From Candidatus Latescibacterota bacterium (GTDB lineage Bacteria; Latescibacterota; UBA2968; UBA8231), in contig OZ220090.1 of assembly GCA_964291625.2 (NCBI GenBank), positions 768,001 to 832,000 of the forward strand: 64,000 nucleotides of DNA. The letters run 5' to 3'. Position 1 is the stretch's first letter; the number at the start of each line of letters is the position of its first letter. The notes below the pieces were generated by a model. It saw nothing but the letters and a program-made list of their open reading frames with translations. It was not told where the DNA came from and ran no database searches. The translations under genes and the position numbers were made by a program. Below, piece after piece: positions 59,182-64,000 of the stretch.

Positions 59182-60204
59182 TCAGAAGGCTCCCGTCCGC
59201 GACTCGTAGCGGGTCGGCTTGCCGAGGCTGGCGCCACCGGTCTCGACCCAGCGCGCCATCCACTCGACGACCGTGTCGATGGGGGTATCGGGAGGTCCCA
59301 GCCGCTCCCTGAGGGCGGAGCTGTCGCCGAGGAGAGCGGTCTCGCTCTCGTGGCCGGCGAACCGCGGCTCCCGGTGGAGGAGCTCGCCGAAGCGCTCCGC
59401 CAGGCGGCGCACGGAGAGCACCTCGGAGCCGGTCAGGTTGAGCGTCGTCGGCGGGCTCGTGCACAAGGGAAAGGAACGGGCCAGGTAGGCGTTGGCGTCT
59501 CCCTGCCAGATCTGGTTCACGTGTCCCATGGCCAGCTCCACCGGATCGCCGGACCACACCTTCCAGGCGATGTCGTGGAGGATGCCGTAGCGCAGCTCGG
59601 TGGCATAGAACAGACGCGCCGTGAACAGACGGGCTCCCGAGGTCCGAGCCGCGTGCTCGGCGAGTCTCTCCCCGCCGAGGCGGGACTGGGCGTACTCCCC
59701 CACCGGCCCCGTCGGGTCCGACTCGGAGGCCCCGCGGCCGTCGACGGAGGTGAAGGCGTAGACGTTCCCGGAGCTGACGTAGCAGACTTCGGCGTCGGCG
59801 TAGCGCTCGACGGCGCGGGCGGGCAGAAGCCCGTTCACCGCCCAGGTCGTCCAGGGGTCCCCGCGGGCTCCGAACTTGAAGCCCGCCAGGAGGAAGACGT
59901 GGGCCGCCTCCGGCAGGGAGGCCAGGGAGCCGTCCAGCAGGTCGGCGCGAACGGTGGTGACGCCGAGGTGATCGAGGCGCGCGCGGGCGGCAGCGTCCGA
60001 GAAACGGGCCACGCCGATGACCCGGCGGCCCCCCTCGGCGGCCCCGGCGCGCACCAGGAGCTCCGCCAGGGAGGGTCCCATCTTGCCCCCCGCACCGAGA
60101 AGGACCACGTCGCCGCGGTACTTCGAGACGGCGTCGCGAACGGCGGGCGTGGGCCGGGTCATGACCTCGAGCAGCTCTTCCTCGGTCCGGGGCGGATGCG
60201 CCAT
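59182..60204 (-). CDS. NAD-dependent epimerase/dehydratase
   Basis: GAGGKMG, SSGNVY, GEYAQS.LG.ER. Confidence 0.85.
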   Translation of the reverse strand: MAHPPRTEEELLEVMTRPTPAVRDAVSKYRGDVVLLGAGGKMGPSLAELLVRAGAAEGGRRVIGVARFSDAAARARLDHLGVTTVRADLLDGSLASLPEAAHVFLLAGFKFGARGDPWTTWAVNGLLPARAVERYADAEVCYVSSGNVYAFTSVDGRGASESDPTGPVGEYAQSRLGGERLAEHAARTSGARLFTARLFYATELRYGILHDIAWKVWSGDPVELAMGHVNQIWQGDANAYLARSFPLCTSPPTTLNLTGSEVLSVRRLAERFGELLHREPRFAGHESETALLGDSSALRERLGPPDTPIDTVVEWMARWVETGGASLGKPTRYESRTGAF

Positions 60205-60286
60205 CCCCTTGCAGCCCTTTGCGTTGTGAGTCTCCTGGGAGGCTTCTATCTTACGGCCCCCCGCCGATGCGGTCGAGTGACTCCCC

Positions 60287-62557
60287 ATGTCGGATCCCCA
60301 GCGACAGCCGCCTTCGCCCAGGTCCCTCGATCTCTTCGAGGCCGGGCGCCGCGACGCCCTCGAGCGCGACCAGCCGCTGGCGGCGCGCCTGCGGCCTCGC
60401 ACCCTCGACGAGTTCGTCGGCCAGGACCACATCCTGGGACCCGGCCGCCTCCTGAAGCGCGCCATCCAGGCCGATCAACTCTCCTCCCTGATCTTCCATG
60501 GCCCGCCGGGGACCGGCAAGACGACGCTGGCCGCGGTCATCGCCAACACGACCAGGTCCCACTTCATCTCCATCAACGCCGTCCTCTCCGGGGTCGCCGA
60601 CATCCGCAGCGCCGTGGAGGAGGCCCAGGAGCGGCGCCGGCTCCACGGCCATCGCACGACCTTGTTCATCGACGAGGTCCACCGCTTCAACAAGGCCCAG
60701 CAGGACGCGCTGCTGCCCTGGGTCGAGAACGGGACGGTAGTACTCATCGGCGCGACGACGGAGAACCCCTACTTCTCGGTCAACCGGCCCCTGGTATCGC
60801 GCAGCCGCCTCTTCCAGTTGCGCGAGCTCGAGGCCGGCGACCTCCACCGCATCGCCCGGCATGCCCTGCAGGACCCCCGGGGGTACGCCGACCTGCGGGT
60901 CGACCTCCACGAGGACGCAGTGGCCCACCTCGTCGATGTCTGCAGCGGTGACGCCCGGGCCCTGCTCAACGCCCTCGAGCTGGCGGTGGAGACGACGCCC
61001 CGGGATGCGGAAGGGGTGGTCCACGTCGATCTGGCCGTGGCCGAGGAGTCGATCCAGCGGCGCGCCGTTCTCTACGACAAGGAGGGCGACTACCACTTCG
61101 ACACGATCTCCGCCCTCATCAAGTCCCTGCGCGGGTCCGACCCCGATGCCGCCGTGTACTGGCTGGCGCGCATGGTCTACGCCGGGGAGGACCCCCACTT
61201 CCTGTTCCGTCGCATGCTGATCTTCGCCAGCGAGGACGTGGGCCTGGCCGACCCCGAGGCCCTGGGGGTGGTCACCGCGGCGGCCGAGGCTTTCGACCGG
61301 GTCGGCCTGCCCGAGGGGCGGTTCCATCTCGCCCACGCCGCCCTCTACCTGGCCACGGCGCCGAAGAGCAACTCCACCTTCGCCTTCTTCGACGCTCTGG
61401 CCGCCGTGGAGGCGGAGGGCGACGGAGAGGTACCGAACCCTCTGAAGGACGCCAGCCGGGACGCTGAGGGGCTCGGCCACGGGGCCGGCTACCTGTACCC
61501 ACACGCCTACCGCGACCACTGGGTGGCGCAGCAGTACCTGCCCGACAGCCTCCACGGACGCCTGTTCTACCAGCCTTCGGACCAGGGCCGGGAGCGCGAC
61601 CTCGGGGACCGCGTGCGGCGGCGCCGGGAACTGCAGCTGGCCGCGGCGGCCGAGGCCGGCCCCAGCGGCGTCGATCCCCTCACCCACTCCCCCGAGGACC
61701 GGTCCCGCGACCAGTGGCTGGTGCGCGCCGGCGGCGAGGTGAGCGCCCAGCTCGACCATGTGCGGCAGCGGCTCTTCGCCTCGGTGAAGCTCGCCCGCCA
61801 CCACGTCGTCCTCGACCTGGACGCGGCCTCGGGGCTGCTCACCTGGGAGGCCCTGCGCCGCGTCCCCGAAGGCGGCGTCTGGTCCCTGTGCACGGACCGC
61901 ACCTCGGCGGTCGCCCTGCGGGAGATGGCCAGCCATTCTCTCCCCGAGCTGAGCCGCCCCGTGGTCCTGGAGGGGCCCCTCATCCGGGCGGCGGACCTGG
62001 TGAGGCTGCAGGACGAGGGACTGCGCTTCGACGCCGTCCTCGGGCGCAACACCCTCGGCAGCGTGAGCGGCCGCGAGAAGGCGGCGCGGCGGATCGTGGA
62101 GCTCCTGGCCCCGGGAGCCGTCCTCTGCCTCGCGGAGACGGTACCCCGGCTCGGTCAGCGGCTGACGGACCTGGTGCCGGTGGCCGAGTTGGGGGAGGAC
62201 ATGGCCGGGCGGCTGCATCGGGCAGAGGAAGAGATCTACCGGGACGAGGACAACCCGCGCGTCTCCTGGGAACCGGGCGACCTGGAGCCCCTGTGGTCGG
62301 AGGCCGGCCTGACCTCGGTGCGAATCGAGACCGAGGTCCTGACCGCCTCCCGGCGGCTCGGCAGCCGGGAGCTGGGGAGGTGGTTCAGCCCCGGCGGGGA
62401 GAAGCACGGCACCTTCGCCGCCTACCTCCGCCGGCACCTCTCCGAGGACGAGGTCCGCCAGGTACGGCGGCTCTTCGAGAGCCAGTTGATGAACCAGGAA
62501 GTCGACTGGTCGACGACCTACGCCTACGTCAGCGGCCGCTCGGCCGCGGAGACCTGA
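60287..62557 (+). CDS. rarA: Replication-associated recombination ATPase RarA/MgsA with C-terminal methyltransferase-like extension
   Basis: PLAARLRP, GPPGTGKT, DEVHRF, GATTENP, KSLRGSD, YLYPH; extra domain with VVLDLDAASG. Confidence 0.9.
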   Translation: MSDPQRQPPSPRSLDLFEAGRRDALERDQPLAARLRPRTLDEFVGQDHILGPGRLLKRAIQADQLSSLIFHGPPGTGKTTLAAVIANTTRSHFISINAVLSGVADIRSAVEEAQERRRLHGHRTTLFIDEVHRFNKAQQDALLPWVENGTVVLIGATTENPYFSVNRPLVSRSRLFQLRELEAGDLHRIARHALQDPRGYADLRVDLHEDAVAHLVDVCSGDARALLNALELAVETTPRDAEGVVHVDLAVAEESIQRRAVLYDKEGDYHFDTISALIKSLRGSDPDAAVYWLARMVYAGEDPHFLFRRMLIFASEDVGLADPEALGVVTAAAEAFDRVGLPEGRFHLAHAALYLATAPKSNSTFAFFDALAAVEAEGDGEVPNPLKDASRDAEGLGHGAGYLYPHAYRDHWVAQQYLPDSLHGRLFYQPSDQGRERDLGDRVRRRRELQLAAAAEAGPSGVDPLTHSPEDRSRDQWLVRAGGEVSAQLDHVRQRLFASVKLARHHVVLDLDAASGLLTWEALRRVPEGGVWSLCTDRTSAVALREMASHSLPELSRPVVLEGPLIRAADLVRLQDEGLRFDAVLGRNTLGSVSGREKAARRIVELLAPGAVLCLAETVPRLGQRLTDLVPVAELGEDMAGRLHRAEEEIYRDEDNPRVSWEPGDLEPLWSEAGLTSVRIETEVLTASRRLGSRELGRWFSPGGEKHGTFAAYLRRHLSEDEVRQVRRLFESQLMNQEVDWSTTYAYVSGRSAAET

Positions 62558-62575
62558 TCGCGGGCGGCCCCGGCC

Positions 62576-63151
62576 TCAGCCGCCGGCCGGCGCCCGGTCG
62601 ATGAGCGCCCCCGCCTCCTGGCGCAGGCCGTCGAAGCGCCGCAGCAGGTCCGCCGGGCCGGCCCCCTGGTGGTCGAAGAACTCCCGGAAGTGATCGGGCA
62701 GCACCGGCAGCACCCGGTCCAGCAGGGAGTAGAGGAGCGGGGCGGTGCGGGTCCCGGCCAGCCAGCCCGGACCCTCCGGCAGATAGCGGCCCACCAGCAG
62801 CACCAGCACCATCAGCAGCAGCACGCCGGCGAGCGCTCCCAGGAGGGCGCCGAGGACCCGGTCGACCACGCCCAGGAGAATGGCGTAGACGACGCTCCTC
62901 AGGACCCGGGACAGGAGGTTGACCGAGAGGGCCACGGCCACGAAGACGACCGTGAAGGCGGCCACCAGCCGCAGGACGGGATGACCGAAGGAGGGCATCA
63001 TCGCCGCCGCGGCGCTGTGCAGGTAGAGGCCGCCGAGGAGGCCCAGGGCGACCGCCAGCAGGGCCGAGACCTGCTGGATCAGGCCCCGGCCGTAGCCGCG
63101 CACGGCCAGGGCGATCACCAGGACCGCGGCGATTCCGTCGAACCAGTGCAT
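62576..63151 (-). CDS. cvpA: CvpA (colicin V production) family membrane protein
   Basis: GYGRGLI, DRVLGALLG, four TM helices. Confidence 0.85.
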   Translation of the reverse strand: MHWFDGIAAVLVIALAVRGYGRGLIQQVSALLAVALGLLGGLYLHSAAAAMMPSFGHPVLRLVAAFTVVFVAVALSVNLLSRVLRSVVYAILLGVVDRVLGALLGALAGVLLLMVLVLLVGRYLPEGPGWLAGTRTAPLLYSLLDRVLPVLPDHFREFFDHQGAGPADLLRRFDGLRQEAGALIDRAPAGG

Positions 63152-63227
63152 CTCTTGAGAAACGGCCTCCTGCGGGCGCTGCGTGGAGGTTGCCACCTTC
63201 GGCGGGGGCGCAATAGATTAGCCGCCC

Positions 63228-64000
63228 ATGCAGGCTCACCTCGACAAGGTACGCTGCAAAGTGCGCTTCCCCCATTCCCCGGGCCCGAAGTCGTGGAGCC
63301 GTGGTCTGTTCTGGCTGCTGCCCCTCGCCTTGTGCGCCTGCTCGACGACGGAGGAGCAGGTGCGGCGGCACATCGAGGTCACCGCCGCCAACGATGTCCA
63401 CTCCGAGCGCTGGGGCCTAGCCGTGGACGAGCTCGCCGCCATTGGACGCCCCGCCGCGCGCCAGCTCCTGGCCCTCCTCGACCCCGCCCAGTACCGCGGG
63501 GTCGACTACCGCGAGTTCCGCGACGAGATCGAGAGCACGCGCACCGCCGCCGCCGTGGTGCTGGGCCGCATCCGGCACCAGGCGGCCTCCGCCAGCATGC
63601 ACGCCCGCATCACCACCGCCTACCGCTACAACGAGCGCATCGCCTGCCTCCGGGGGGTCGGCGACCTGGGCTTCACCGAAGCGGCCGTGAAGGACCTCCG
63701 GGCCCAGCTCGCCGACGCCGACCCCGTCATCCGGCTGCTGGCCGCCATCTCCCTGGTCAAGCTCGGCGAGCTGGCGGCGCGCGACACGATCACCGCCGCC
63801 GTCGTCGAAGGCGGCGACGAGCTCGCGGAGATGGCGATCGCGGAACTCGAGGGTGCCAACTACCACGGGGTGCCCGTTCTCGTCGATCTCCTTTCACGGC
63901 AGGAGCACCGCCGGGAGCGCCTCGGCCAGGCCCTGGACAAGGTCCGCGAGCAGCTGGTGCGGCAGCTCGATGCCGACGACCCCGAGGTGCGCCGGGAGTC
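63228..64000 (+). CDS. HEAT-repeat lipoprotein (partial, runs off window)
   Basis: Open frame from ATG 63228 with lipobox LCAC and HEAT repeats (LADADPVIRLLAAISL, DADDPEVRRE); missing from the ORF track because it has no stop. Confidence 0.75.
   Translation, partial: MQAHLDKVRCKVRFPHSPGPKSWSRGLFWLLPLALCACSTTEEQVRRHIEVTAANDVHSERWGLAVDELAAIGRPAARQLLALLDPAQYRGVDYREFRDEIESTRTAAAVVLGRIRHQAASASMHARITTAYRYNERIACLRGVGDLGFTEAAVKDLRAQLADADPVIRLLAAISLVKLGELAARDTITAAVVEGGDELAEMAIAELEGANYHGVPVLVDLLSRQEHRRERLGQALDKVREQLVRQLDADDPEVRRE

Overview
High-GC bacterial core-genome window; FCB-group affinity (e.g. Latescibacterota/Gemmatimonadota-like) is an inference, not a database result. It contains the tRNA-Gly/Thr-rpmG-tRNA-Trp-secE-nusG-rplKAJL-(rpoB start) cluster without tuf, greA, ygfZ-dinB, an FAD/Fe-S oxidoreductase, zapA, stand-alone infC (ATC start) and stand-alone rplC. 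It also holds a carB-TPR/TonB-pyrK-pyrD-rlpA operon, a CinA-like/nucleotidyltransferase fusion-M20-nnr operon, galU, a sulfite/nitrite reductase-HEPN fusion with ferredoxin, TPP dehydrogenase E1 subunits, uvrB, dnaK, pgi-gnd, a metE-like gene, dsbD, aroA, rarA and cvpA. I saw no CRISPR array, integrase, transposase or prophage. The most interesting signals are regulatory or architectural: tandem NrdR-like boxes over a promoter making a short terminated RNA ahead of zapA, a greA leader terminator, a sigma54-type dnaK promoter, an rpmG stop codon overlapping mature tRNA-Trp, and several leaderless-looking promoters. Unusual proteins include a TPR-TonB_C lipoprotein rich in D-S/T sequons, an MFS-HEAT fusion and two divergent Rid-fold proteins. 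All calls were made by eye from the sequence; start codons were adjusted manually.
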